Of a DNA stretch of 64,000 nt, positions 37,701 through 52,700 are shown piece by piece. The notes below the pieces were generated by a model. It was given only the letters and a program-made list of their open reading frames with translations, had not been told where the DNA came from and made no database searches. Numbering within the stretch: the first letter of the stretch is position 1; each line of letters starts with the position of its first letter. The DNA is from Octopus sinensis (lineage: Eukaryota), in assembly GCF_006345805.1 (NCBI RefSeq), contig NC_043009.1:806001-870000 (forward strand). The letters are read 5' to 3'. A program made the translations under genes and the position numbers.

Positions 37701-40700
37701 CAGCTCATGGTTCCATAATAAATTGACCCTTTTGATACCACTTAAGACAGCCCATGGTTCCGTAATAAATTGACCCTTTTGATACCACTTTAGATAGCCC
37801 ATGGTTCCATAAGAAATTGACCATTTTGATACCACTTAAGACAGCCCATGGTTCCATAATAAATTGACCCTTTTGATACCACTTTAGACAGCCCATGGTT
37901 CCATAATAAATTGACCCTTTTGATACAACTTAAGACAGCTCATGGTTCCATAAAAAATTGACCCTTTTGATACCACTTAAGACAGCCCATGGTTCCATAA
38001 TAAATTGACCCTTTTGCAACCACTTAAGACAGCCCATGGTTCCATAATAAATTGACCCTTTTGATACCACTTAAGACAGCTCATGGTTCCATAATAAATT
38101 GACCCTTTTGATACCACTTAAGACAGCCCATGGTTCGATAATAAATTGACCCTTTTGATACCAATTAAGACAGACCATGGTCTCCATAATAAATTGACCC
38201 TTTTGATACCACTTAAGACAGCCCATGGTTCGATAATAATTTGACCCTTTTAATACCACTTAAGACAGCTCATGGTTCCATAAGAAATTGACCCTTTTGA
38301 TACCACTTAAGACAGCCCATGGTTCCATAATAAATTGACCCTTTTGATACCACTTAAGACAGCTCATGGTTCCATAATAAATTGACCCTTTTGATACCAC
38401 TTAAGACAGCCCATGGTTCCATAATAAATTGACCCTTTTGATACCACTTAGGAAAGCCCATGGTTCGATAATAAATTGACCTTTTGACACCACTTAAGAC
38501 AGCCATGGTTCCAAAATAAATTGACCTTTTGACACCACTTAAGACAGCCCATGGTTCCATAATAAATTGACCCTTTTGATACCACTTAAGACAGCCCATG
38601 GTTCCATAATAAATTTACCCTTTTGCTACCACTTAAGACAGCCCATGGTTCCATAATAAATTGACCCTTTTGATACCACTTAAGACAGCTCATGGTTCCA
38701 TAATAGAATGACCCTTTTGATACCACTTAAGACAGCTCATGGTTCCATAATAAATTGAACCTTTTGACACCACTTAAGACAGCCCATGGTTCTATAATAA
38801 ATTGACCCTTTTGATACCACTTAAGACAGCTCATGGTTCCATAATAAATTGACCCTTCTGATACCACTTAAGACAGCCCATGGTTCAATAATAGATTGAC
38901 CCTTTTGATACCACTTAAGACAGCCATGGTTCCATAATAAATTGACCCTTTTGATACCACATAAGACAGCTCATGGTTCCATAATAAATTGATCCTTTTG
39001 ACACCACTTAAGACAGCTCATGGTTCCATAATAAATTGACCCTTCTGATACCACTTAAGACAGCTCATGGTTCCATAATAGATTGACATTTTTGATACCA
39101 GTTAAGACAGCTCATGGTTCCATAATAAATTGATCCTTTTGATACCACTTAAGACAGCTCATGGTTCCATAATAAATTGACCCTTTTCATACCACTTAAG
39201 ACAGCCCATGGTTCCATAATAAATTGACCCTTTTGATACCACTTAAGACAGCTCATGGTTCCATAATAAATTGACCCTTTTGATACCACTTAAGACAGCT
39301 CATGGTTCCATAATAAATTGACACTTTTGATACCACTTAAGACAGCTCATGGTTCCATAATTAACTGACCCTTCTGAAACCACTTAAGACAGCCCATGGT
39401 TCCATAAGAAATTTACCCTTTTCATACCACTTAAGACAGCTCATGGTTCCATAATAAATTGACCCCTCTGATACCACTTAAGACAGCTCATGGTTCCATA
39501 ATAGATTGACCCTTTTGATACCACTTAAGACAGCCCATGGTTCCATAATAAATTGATCCTTTTGATACCACTTAAGACAGCCCATGGTTCCAAAATAAAT
39601 TGACCCTTTTGATACCACTTAAGACAGCTCATGGTTCCATAATAAATTGACCCTTTTGATACCACTTAAGACAGCTCATGGTTCCATAATAAATTGACAC
39701 TTTTGATACCACTTAAGACAGCTCATGGTTCCATAATTACTGACCCTTCTGAAACCACTTAAGACAGCCCATGGTTCCATAATAGATTGACCCTTTTCAT
39801 ACAACTTAAGACAGCTCATGTTCCATAATAAATTGACCCTTTTGATACCACTTAAGACAGCTCATGGTTCCATAATAAATTGACCCTTTTGACACCACTT
39901 AAGACAGCCCATGGTTCCATAATAAATTGACCCTTTTGATACCACTTAAGACAGCTCATGGTTCCATAATAAATTGACCCTTTTCATACCACTTAAGACA
40001 GCCCATGGTTCCGTAATAAATTGACCCTTTTGCTACCACTTAAGACAGCCCATGGTTCCATAAGAAATTGACCCTTTTGATACCACTTAAGACAGCCATG
40101 GTTCCATAATAATTGACACTTTTGATACCACTAAGACAGCCCATGGTTCCATAATAATTGACCCTTTTGATACCACTTAAGACAGCCCATGGTTCCATAA
40201 TAAATTGAACCTTTTGATACCACTTAAGACAGCCCATGGTTCCATAATAAATTGACCCTTTTGATACCACTTAAGACAGCTCATGGTTCCATAATAATTT
40301 GACCCTTTTGACACCACTTAAGACAGCCCATGGTTCCATAATAGATTGACCCTTTTGATACCACTTAAGACAGCTCATGGTTCCATAATAAATTGACCCT
40401 TTTGATACCACTTAAGACAGCCCATGGTTCCGTAATAAATTGACCCTTTTGATACCACTTTAGATAGCCCATGGTTCCATAAGAAATTGACCATTTTGAT
40501 ACCACTTAAGACAGCCCATGGTTCCATAATAAATTGACCCTTTTGATACCGCTTTAGACAGCCCATGGTTCCATAATAAATTGACCCTTTTGATACAACT
40601 TAAGACAGCTCATGGTTCCATAAAAAATTGACCCTTTTGATACCACTTAAGACAGCCCATGGTTCCATAATAAATTGACCCTTTTGCAACCACTTAAGAC

Positions 40701-43700
40701 AGCCCATGGTTCCATAATAAATTGACCCTTTTGATACCACTTAAGACAGCTCATGGTTCCATAATAAATTGACCCTTTTGATACCACTTAAGACAGCCAT
40801 GGTTCCATAATAAATTGACCCTTTTGATACCACTTAAGACAGCCCATGGTTCCATAAAAAATTGACCCTTTTGATACCACTTAAGACAGCCCATGGTTCG
40901 ATAATAATTTGACCCTTTTAATACCACTTAAGACAGCTCATGGTTCCATAAGAAATTGACCCTTTTGATACCACTTAAGACAGCCCATGGTTCCATAATA
41001 AATTGACCCTTTTGATACCACTTAAGACAGCTCATGGTTCCATAATAAATTGACCCTTTTGATACCACTTAAGACAGCCCATGGTTCCATAATAAATTGA
41101 CCCTTTTGATACCACTTAGGAAAGCCCATGGTTCGATAATAAATTGACCCTTTTGACACCACTTAAGACAGCCCATGGTTCCAAAATAAATTGACCCTTT
41201 TGACACCACTTAAGACAGCCCATGGTTCCATAATAAATTGACCCTTTTGATACCACTTAAGACAGCCCATGGTTCCATAATAAATTTACCCTTTTGCTAC
41301 CACTTAAGACAGCCCATGGTTCCATAATAAATTGACCCTTTTGATACCACTTAAGACAGCTCATGGTTCCATAATAGAATGACCCTTTTGATACCACTTA
41401 AGACAGCTCATGGTTCCATAATAAATTGAACCTTTTGACACCACTTAAGACAGCCCATGGTTCTATAATAAATTGACCCTTTTGATACCACTTAAGACAG
41501 CTCATGGTTCCATAATAAATTGACCCTTCTGATACCACTTAAGACAGCCCATGGTTCAATAATAGATTGACCCTTTTGATACCACTTAAGACAGCTCATG
41601 GTTCCATAATAAATTGACCCTTTTGATACCACATAAGACAGCTCATGGTTCCATAATAAATTGATCCTTTTGACACCACTTAAGACAGCTCATGGTTCCA
41701 TAATAAATTGACCCTTCTGATACCACTTAAGACAGCTCATGGTTCCATAATAGATTGACACTTTTGATACCAGTTAAGACAGCTCATGGTTCCATAATAA
41801 ATTGATCCTTTTGATACCACTTAAGACAGCTCATGGTTCCATAATAAATTGACCCTTTTCATACCACTTAAGACAGCCCATGGTTCCATAATAAATTGAC
41901 CCTTTTGATACCACTTAAGACAGCTCATGGTTCCATAATAAATTGACCCTTTTGATACCACTTAAGACAGCTCATGGTTCCATAATAAATTGACACTTTT
42001 GATACCACTTAAGACAGCTCATGGTTCCATATTAACTGACCCTTCTGAAACCACTTAAGACAGCCCATGGTTCCATAAGAAATTTACCCTTTTCATACCA
42101 CTTAAGACAGCTCATGGTTCCATAATAAATTGACCCCTCTGATACCACTTAAGACAGCTCATGGTTCCATAATAGATTGACCCTTTTGATACCACTTAAG
42201 ACAGCCCATGGTTCCATAATAAATTGATCCTTTTGATACCACTTAAGACAGCCCATGGTTCCAAAATAAATTGACCCTTTTGATACCACTTAAGACAGCT
42301 CATGGTTCCATAATAAATTGACCCTTTTGATACCACTTAAGACAGCTCATGGTTCCATAATAAATTGACACTTTTGATACCACTTAAGACAGCTCATGGT
42401 TCCATAATTTACTGACCCTTCTGAAACCACTTAAGACAGCCCATGGTTCCATAATAGATTGACCCTTTTCATACAACTTAAGACAGCTCATGGTTCCATA
42501 ATAAATTGACCCCTCTGATACCACTTAAGACAGCTCATGGTTCCATAATAGATTGACCCTTTTGATACCACTTCAGACAGCCCATGGTTCCATAAAACAT
42601 TGACCCTTTTGATACGACTTAAGACAGCCCATGATTCCATAATAAGTTGACGCTTTTGACACCACCTAAGACAGCCCATGGTTCCATAAAAAATTGACCC
42701 TTTTGATACCACTTAAGACAGCCCATGGTTCCATAATAAATTGACCCTTTTGATACCACTTAAGACAGCCCATGGTTCCATAATAAATTTAAACTTTTGA
42801 TACCACTAAAGACAGCCCATGGTTCGATAATAAATTGACCCTTTTGACACCACTTAAGACTGCCCATGGCTCCATAATAAATTGACCCTTTTGATACCAC
42901 TTAAGACAGCTCATGGTTCCATAATAAATTGACCCTTTTCATACCACTTAAGACAGCCCATGGTTCCATAATAAATTGACCCTTTTGATACCACTTAAGA
43001 CAGCTCATGGTTCCATAATAAATTGACCCTTTTGATACCACTTAAGACAGCCCATGGTTCCGTAATAAATTGACCCTTTTGCTACCACTTAAGACAGCCC
43101 ATGGTTCCATAAGAAATTGACCCTTTTGATACCACTTAAGACAGCCCATGGTTCCATAATAAATTGACCCTTTTGATACCACTTAAGACAGCCCATGGTT
43201 CCATAATAAATTGAACCTTTTGATACCACTTAAGACAGCCCATGGTTCCATAATAAATTGACCCTTTTGATACCACTTAAGACAGCTCATGGTTCCATAA
43301 TAATTTGACCCTTTTGATACCACTTAAGACAGCCCATGGTTCCATAATAGATTGACCCTTTTGATACCACTTAAGACAGCTCATGGTTCCATAATAAATT
43401 GACCCTTTTGATACCACTTAAGACAGCCCATGGTTCCGTAATAAATTGACCCTTTTGATACCACTTTAGATAGCCCATGGTTCCATAAGAAATTGACCAT
43501 TTTGATACCACTTAAGACAGCTCATGGTTCCATAATAAATTGACCCTTTTGATACCACTTAAGACAGCCCATGGTTCCATAATAAATTGACCCTTTTGAT
43601 ACCGCTTTAGACAGCCCATGGTTCCATAATAAATTGACCCTTTTGATACAACTTAAGACAGCTCATGGTTCCATAAAAAATTGACCCTTTTGATACCACT

Positions 43701-46700
43701 TAAGACAGCCCATGGTTCCATAATAAATTGACCCTTTTGATACCACTTAAGACAGCTCATGGTTCCATAATAAATTGACCCTTTTGATACCACTTAAGAC
43801 AGCCCATGGTTCGATAATAAATTGACCCTTTTGATACCACTTAAGACAGCCCATGGTCTCCATAATAAATTGACCCTTTTGATACCACTTAAGACAGCCC
43901 ATGGTTCGATAATAAATTGACCCTTTTAATACCACTTAAGACAGCTCATGGTTCCATAAGAAATTGACCCTTTTGATACCACTTAAGACAGCCCATGGTT
44001 CCATAATAAATTGACCCTTTTGATACCACTTAAGACAGCTCATGGTTCCATAATAAATTGACCCTTTTGATACCACTTAAGACAGCCCATGGTTCCATAA
44101 TAAATTGACCCTTTTGATACCACTTAGGACAGCCCATGGTTCGATAATAAATTGACCCTTTTGACACCACTTAAGACAGCCCATGGTTCCAAAATAAATT
44201 GACCCTTTTGACACCACTTAAGACAGCCCATGGTTCCATAATAAATTGACCCTTTTGATACCACTTAAGACAGCCCATGGTTCCATAATAAATTGACCCT
44301 TTTGCTACCACTTAAGACAGCCCATGGTTCCATAATAAATTGACCCTTTTGATACCACTTAAGACAGCTCATGGTTCCATAATAGATTGACCCTTTTGAT
44401 ACCACTTAAGACAGCTCATGGTTCCATAATAAATTGAACCTTTTGACACCACTTAAGACAACCCATGGTTCCATAATAAATTGACCCTTTTGACACCACT
44501 TAAGACAGCCCATGGTTCCATAATAAATTGACCCTTTTGATACCACTTAAGACAGCTCATGGTTCCATAATAAATTGACCCTTCTGATACCACTTAAGAC
44601 AGCTCATGGTTCAATAATAGATTGACCCTTTTGATACCACTTAAGACAGCTCATGGTTCCATAATAAATTGACCTTTTGATACCACATAAGACAGCTCAT
44701 GGTTCCATAATAAATTGATCCTTTTGACACCACTTAAGACAGCTCATGGTTCATATAAAATTGACCCTTCTGATACCACTTAAGACAGCTCGTGGTTCCA
44801 TAATAGATTGACACTTTTGATACCAGTTAAGACAGCTCATGGTTCCATAATAAATTGATCCTTTTAATACCACTTAAGACAGCTCATGGTTCCATAATAA
44901 ATTGATCCTTTTGATACCACTTAAGACAGCCCATGGTTCCATAATAAATTGACCCTTTTGATACCACTTAAGACAGCTCATGGTTCCATAATAAATTGAC
45001 CCTTTTGATACCACTTAAGACAGCTCATGGTTCCATAATAAATTGACACTTTTGATACCACTTAAGACAGCTCATGGTTCCATAATTAACTGACCCTTCT
45101 GAAACCACTTAAGACAGCCCATGGTTCCATAAGAAATTTACCCTTTTCATACCACTTAAGACAGCTCATGGTTCCATAATAAATTGACCCCTCTGATACC
45201 ACTTAAGACAGCTCATGGTTCCATAATAGATTGACCCTTTTGATACCACTTAAGACAGCCCATGGTTCCATAAAACATTGACCCTTTTGATACGACTTAA
45301 GACAGCCCATGATTCCATAATAAATTGACCCTTTTGACACCATTTAAGACAGCCTATGGTTCCATAATAAATTGACCCTTTTGATACCACTTAAGACAGC
45401 CCATGGTTCCATAATAAATTGACCCTTTTGATACCACTTAAGACAGCCCATCGTTCCATAATAAATTGAACCTTTTGATACCACTTAAGACAGCCCATGG
45501 TTCAATAATAAATTGAAACTTTTGATACCACTTAAGACAGCCCATGGTTCGATAATAAATTGACCCTTTTGACACCACTTAAGACTGCCCATGGTTCCAT
45601 AATAAATTGACCCTTTTGATACCACTTAAGACAGCTCATGGTTCCATAATAAATTGACCCTTTTGACAACACTTAAACAGCCCATGGTTCCATAATAAAT
45701 TGACCCTTTTGATACCACTTAAGACAGCTCATGGTTCCATAATAAATTGACCCTTTTGATACCACTTAAGAACAGCCCATGGTTCCATAATAAATGGACC
45801 CTTTTGATACCACTTTAGACAGCCCATGGTTCCATAATAAATTGACCCTTTTGATACCACTTAAGACAGCTCATGGTTCCATAATAAATTGACCCTTTTG
45901 ATACCACTTAAGACAGCCCATGGTTCCATAATAAATTGACCCTTTTGATACCGCTTTAGACAGCCCATGGTTCCATAAATTGACCCTTTTGATACCACTT
46001 AAGACAGCTCATGGTTCCATAAAAAATTGACCCTTTTCATACCGCTTAAGACAGCCCATGGTTCCATAATAAATTGACCCTTTTGCAACCACTTAAGACA
46101 GCCATGGTTCCATAATAAATTAACCCTTTTGATACACTTAAGACAGCTCATGGTTCCATAATAAATTGACCCTTTTGATACCACTTAAGACAGCCCATGG
46201 TTCCATAATAAATTGACCCTTTTGATACCACTTAAGACAGCCCATGGTTCCATAATAAATTGACCCTTTTGATACACTTAAGACAGCCCATGGTTCCATA
46301 ATAAATTGACCTTTTGCTACCACTTAAGACAGCCCATGGTTCGATAATAAATTGACCCTTTTAATACCACTTAAGACAGCTCATGGTTCCATAAGAAATT
46401 GACCCTTTTGATACCACTTAAGACAGCCCATGTTCCATAATAAATTGACCTTTTGATACCACTTAAGACAGCTCATGGTTCCATAATAAATTGACCCTTT
46501 TGATACCACTTAAGACAGCCCATGGTTCCATAATAAATTGACCCTTTTGATACCACTTAGGACAGCCATGGTTCCATAATAAATTAACCCTTTTGACACC
46601 ACTTAAGACAGCCCATGGTTCCAAAATAAATTGACCCTTTTGACACCACTTAAGACAGCCCATGGTTCCATAATAAATTGACCTTTTGATACCACTTAAG

Positions 46701-49700
46701 ACAGCCCATGGTCCCATAATAAATTGACCCTTTTGCTACCACTTAAGACAGCCCATGGTTCCATAATAAATTGACCCTTTTGATACCACTTAAGACAGCT
46801 CATGGTTCCATAAAAATTGAGCCTATTGATACCACTTAAGACAGCTCATGGTTCCATAAAAATTGAGCCTATTGATACCACTTAAGACAGCCCATGGTTC
46901 CATAATAAATTGACCCTTTTCCTACCACTTAAGACAGCCCATGTTTCCATAATAAAATGACCCCTTTGATACCACTTAAGACAGCCCATGGTTCCATAAG
47001 AAATTGACGCTTTTGATACCACTTAAGACAGCCCATGGTTCCATAACAAATTGACCCTTTTCATACCACTTAAGACAGCCCATGGTTCCATAATAAATTG
47101 ACCCTTTTGATACCACTTAAGACAGCTCATGGTTCCAAAATAAATTGACCCTTTTGATACCACTTAAGACAGCCCATGGTTCCATAATAAATTGACCCTT
47201 TTGATACCACTTAAGACAGCCCATGGTTCCATAATAAATTGACCCTTTTGATACCACTTAAAAATGCCCATAGTTCGATAATAAATTGACCCTTTTGACA
47301 CCACTTCAGACTGCCCATGGTTCCATAATAAATTGACCCTTATGATACCAATTAAGACAGCCGATGGTTCCATAATAAATTGACCCTTTTGATACGACTT
47401 AAGACAGCTCATGATTCCATAATAAACTGACCCTTCTGATACCACTTAAGACAGCCCATGGTTCCATAATAAATTGACCCTTTTGATACCACTTAAGACA
47501 GCTCATGGTTCCATAATAAATTGACCCTTTTGATACCACTTAAGACAGCTCATGGTTCCATAATAAATTGACCCTTTTGATACCACTTAAGACAGCTCAT
47601 GGTTCCATAATAAATTGATCCTTTTGATACCACTTAAGACAGCTCCTGGTTCCATAATAAATTGCCCCTTTCTGATACCACTTAAGACAGCCCATGGGTC
47701 CATAATAGATTGGCCCTTTTGATACCACTTAAGACAGCTCATGGTTCCATAATAAATTGACCCTTTGATACCACTTAAGACAGCTCATGGTTCCATAATA
47801 AATTGACCCTTTTGATACCACTTAAGACAGCTCATGGTTCCATAATAAATTGATCCTTTTGATACCACTTAAGACAGCTCATGGTTCCATAATAGATTGA
47901 CCCTTTTGATACCACTTAAGACAGCTCATGGTTCCATAATAAATTGACCCTTTTGATACCACATAAGACAGCTCATGGTTCCATAATAAATTGATCCTTT
48001 TGACACCGCTGAAGACAGCTCATGGTTCCATAAGAAATTGACCCTTTTGATACCACTTAAGACAGCCCATGGTTCCATAATAAATTGACCCTTTGGATAC
48101 CACTTAAGACAGCCCATGGTTCGATAATAAATTGACCCTTTTGACACCACTTAAGACAGCCCATGTGTTCCATAATAGATTGACCCTTTTGATACCAGTT
48201 AAGACACTCATGGTTCCATAATAATTGACCCTTTTGATAACCACTTAAGACAGCTCATGGTTCCATAATAAATTGATCCTTTTGATACCACTTAAGACAG
48301 CCCATGGTTCCATAATAAATTGACCCTTTTGATACACCACTTAAGACAGCTCATGGTTCCATAATAAATTGACCCTTTTGATACCACTTAAGACAGCTCC
48401 ATGGTTCCATAATAAATTGACCCTTTTGATACCACTTAAGACAGCTCATGGTTCCATAATAATTGACCCTTTTGAAACCACTAAGACAGCCATGGTTCCA
48501 TAATAAATTTACCCTTTTCATACCACTTAAGAAGCTCATGGTTCCATAATAAATTGACCCTTTTGATACCACTTAAGACAGCTCATGGTTCCATAATAAA
48601 TTGACCCTTTTGATACCACTTAAGACAGCCCATGGTTCCATAAAACTGGACCCTTTTGATACCGACTTAAGACAGCCATGGTTCCATAAAAATTGACCCT
48701 TTTGACACCTTAAGACAGCCCATGGTTCCATAATAAATTGACCCTTTGATACCACTTAAGACAGCCCATGGTTCCATAATAAATTGACCCTTTTGATACC
48801 ACTTAAGACAGCCATGGTTCCATAATAAATTGAACCTTTTGATACCACTTAAGACAGCCCATGGTTCCATAATAAATTGACCCTTTTGATACCACTTAAG
48901 ACAGCCCATGGTTCCATAATAAATTGACCCTTTTGACACACACTTAAGACTGCCCATGGTTCCATAATAAATTGACCCTTTTGATACCACTTAAGACAGC
49001 TCATGGTTCCATAATAATTGAACCTTTTGATACACTTAAACAGCCCATGGTTCCATAATAAATTGACCCTTTTGATACCACTTAAGACAGCTCATGGTTC
49101 CATAATAAATTGACCCTTTTGATACCACTTAAGACAGCCCATGGTTCCATAATAAATTGACCCTTTTGATACCACTTTAGACAGCCCATGGTTCCATAAT
49201 AAATTGACCCTTTTGATACCACTTAAGACAGCTCATGGTTCCATAATAAATTGACCCTTTTGATACCACTTAAGACAGCCCATGGTTCCATAATAAATTG
49301 ACCCTTTTGATACCGCTTTAGACAGCCCATGGTTCCATAATAAATTGACCCTTTTGATACCACTTAAGACAGCTCATGGTTCCATAAAAAATTGACCCTT
49401 TTCATACCGCTTAAGACAGCCCATGGTTCCATAATAAATTGACCCTTTTGCAACCACTTAAGACAGCCCATGGTTCCATAATAAATTAACCCTTTTGATA
49501 CCACTTAAGACAGCTCATGGTTCCATAATAAATTGACCCTTTTGATACCACTTAAGACAGCCCATGGTTCCATAATAAATTGACCCTTTTGATACCACTT
49601 AAGACAGCCCATGGTTCCATAATAAATTGACCCTTTTGATACCACTTAAGACAGCCCATGGTTCCATAATAAATTGACCCTTTTGCTACCACTTAAGACA

Positions 49701-52700
49701 GCCCATGGTTCGATAATAAATTGACCCTTTTAATACCACTTAAGACAGCTCATGGTTCCATAAGAAATTGACCCTTTTGATACCACTTAAGACAGCCCAT
49801 GTTTCCATAATAAATTGACCCTTTTGATACCACTTAAGACAGCTCATGGTTCCATAATAAATTGACCCTTTTGATACCACTTAAGACAGCCCATGGTTCC
49901 ATAATAAATTGACCCTTTTGATACCACTTAGGACAGCCCATGGTTCCATAATAAATTAACCCTTTTGACACCACTTAAGACAGCCCATGGTTCCAAAATA
50001 AATTGACCCTTTTGACACCACTTAAGACAGCCCATGGTTCCATAATAAATTGACCCTTTTGATACCACTTAAGACAGCCCATGGTCCCATAATAAATTGA
50101 CCCTTTTGCTACCACTTAAGACAGCCCATGGTTCCATAATAAATTGACCCTTTTGATACCACTTAAGACAGCTCATGGTTCCATAAAAATTGAGCCTATT
50201 GATACCACTTAAGACAGCTCATGGTTCCATAAAAATGAGCCTATTGATACCACTTAAGACAGCCCATGGTTCCATAATAAATTGACCCTTTTCCTACCAC
50301 TTAAGACAGCCCATGTTTCCATAATAAAATGACCCTTTTGATACCACTTAAGACAGCCCATGGTTCCATAAGAAATTGACGCTTTTGATACCACTTAAGA
50401 CAGCCCATGGTTCCATAACAAATTGACCCTTTTCATACCACTTAAGACAGCCCATGGTTCCATAATAAATTGACCCTTTTGATACCACTTAAGACAGCTC
50501 ATGGTTCCAAAATAAATTGACCCTTTTGATACCACTTAAGACAGCCCATGGTTCCATAATAAATTGACCCTTTTGATACCACTTAAGACAGCCCATGGTT
50601 CCATAATAAATTGACCCTTTTGATACCACTTAAAATGCCCATAGTTCGATAATAAATTGACCCTTTTGACACCACTTCAGACTGCCCATGGTTCCATAAT
50701 AAATTGACCCTTATGATACCAATTAAGACAGCCGATGGTTCCATAATAAATTGACCCTTTTGATACGACTTAAGACAGCTCATGATTCCATAATAAACTG
50801 ACCCTTCTGATACCACTTAAGACAGCCCATGGTTCCATAATAAATTGACCCTTTTGATACCACTTAAGACAGCTCATGGTTCCATAATAAATTGACCCTT
50901 TTGATACCACTTAAGACAGCTCATGGTTCCATAATAAATTGACCCTTTTGATACCACTTAAGACAGCTCATGGTTCCATAATAAATTGATCCTTTTGATA
51001 CCACTTAAGACAGCTCCTGGTTCCATAATAAATTGCCCCTTCTGATACCACTTAAGACAGCCCATGGGTCCATAATAGATTGGCCCTTTTGATACCACTT
51101 AAGACAGCTCATGGTTCCATAATAAATTGACCCTTTTGATACCACTTAAGACAGCTCATGGTTCCATAATAAATTGACCCTTTTGATACCACTTAAGACA
51201 GCTCATGGTTCCATAATAAATTGATCCTTTTGATACCACTTAAGACAGCTCATGGTTCCATAATAGATTGACCCTTTTGATACCACTTAAGACAGCTCAT
51301 GGTTCCATAATAAATTGACCCTTTGATACCACTTAAGACAGCTCATGGTTCCATAATAAATTGATCCTTTTGATACCACTTAAGACAGCTCATGGTTCCA
51401 TAATAGATTGACCCTTTTGATACCACTTAAGACAGCTCATGGTTCCATAATAAATTGACCCTTTTGATACCACATAAGACAGCTCATGGTTCCATAATAA
51501 ATTGATCCTTTTGACACCGCTGAAGACAGCTCATGGTTCCATAAGAAATTGACCCTTTTGATACCACTTAAGACAGCCCATGGTTACATAATAAATTGAC
51601 CCTTTGGATACCACTTAAGACAGCCCATGGTTCGATAATAAATTGACCCTTTTGACACCACTTAAGACAGCCCATGGTTCCAAAATAAATTGACCCTTTT
51701 GACACCACTTAAGACAGCCCATGGTTCCATAATAAATTAACCCTTTTGATACCAATTAAGACAGCCCATGGTTCCGTAATAAATTGACCCTTTTGATACC
51801 ACTTAAGACAGCTCATGGTTCCATAATAAATTGACCCTTTTGATACCACTTAAGACAGCTCATGGTTCCATAATAAACTGACCCTTCTGGTACCACTTAA
51901 GACAGCTCATGGTTCCATAATAGATTGACCCTTTTGATACCACTTAAGACAGCCCATGGTTCCATAATAAATTGAACCCTTTGATACCACTTAAGACAGC
52001 CCATGGTTCCATAATAAATTGACCCTTTTGATACCACTTTAGACAGCCCATGGTTCCATAATAAATTGACCCTTTTCATACCACTTAAGACAGCCAGTGG
52101 TTCCATAATAAATTGACCCTTTTGATACCACTTAAGACAGCCCATGGTTCCATAATAAATTGACCCTTTTGATACCACTTAAGACAGCTCATGGTTCCAA
52201 AATAAATTGACCCTTTTGATACCACTTAAGACAGCCCATGGTTCCGTAATAAATTGACCCTTTTGATACCACTTAAGACAGCCCATGGTTCCATAATAAA
52301 TTGACCCTTTTGATACCACTTAAAAATGACCATAGTTCGATAATAAATTGACCCTTTTGACACCACTTAAGACTGCCCATGGTTCCATAATAAATTGACC
52401 CTTTTGATACCAATTAAGACAGCCGATGGTTCCATAATAAATTGACCCTTTTGATACGACTTAAGACAGCTCATGATTCCATAATAAACTGACCCTTCTG
52501 ATACCACTGAAGACAGCCCATGGTTCCATAATAAATTGACCCTTTTGATACCACTTAAGACAGCTCATGGTCCATAATAAATGACCCTTTTGATACCACT
52601 TAAGACAGCTCATGGTTCCATAATAAATTGACCTTTTTTACACCACTTAAGACAGCTCCTGGTTCCATAATAAATTGACCCTTCTGATACCACTTAAGAC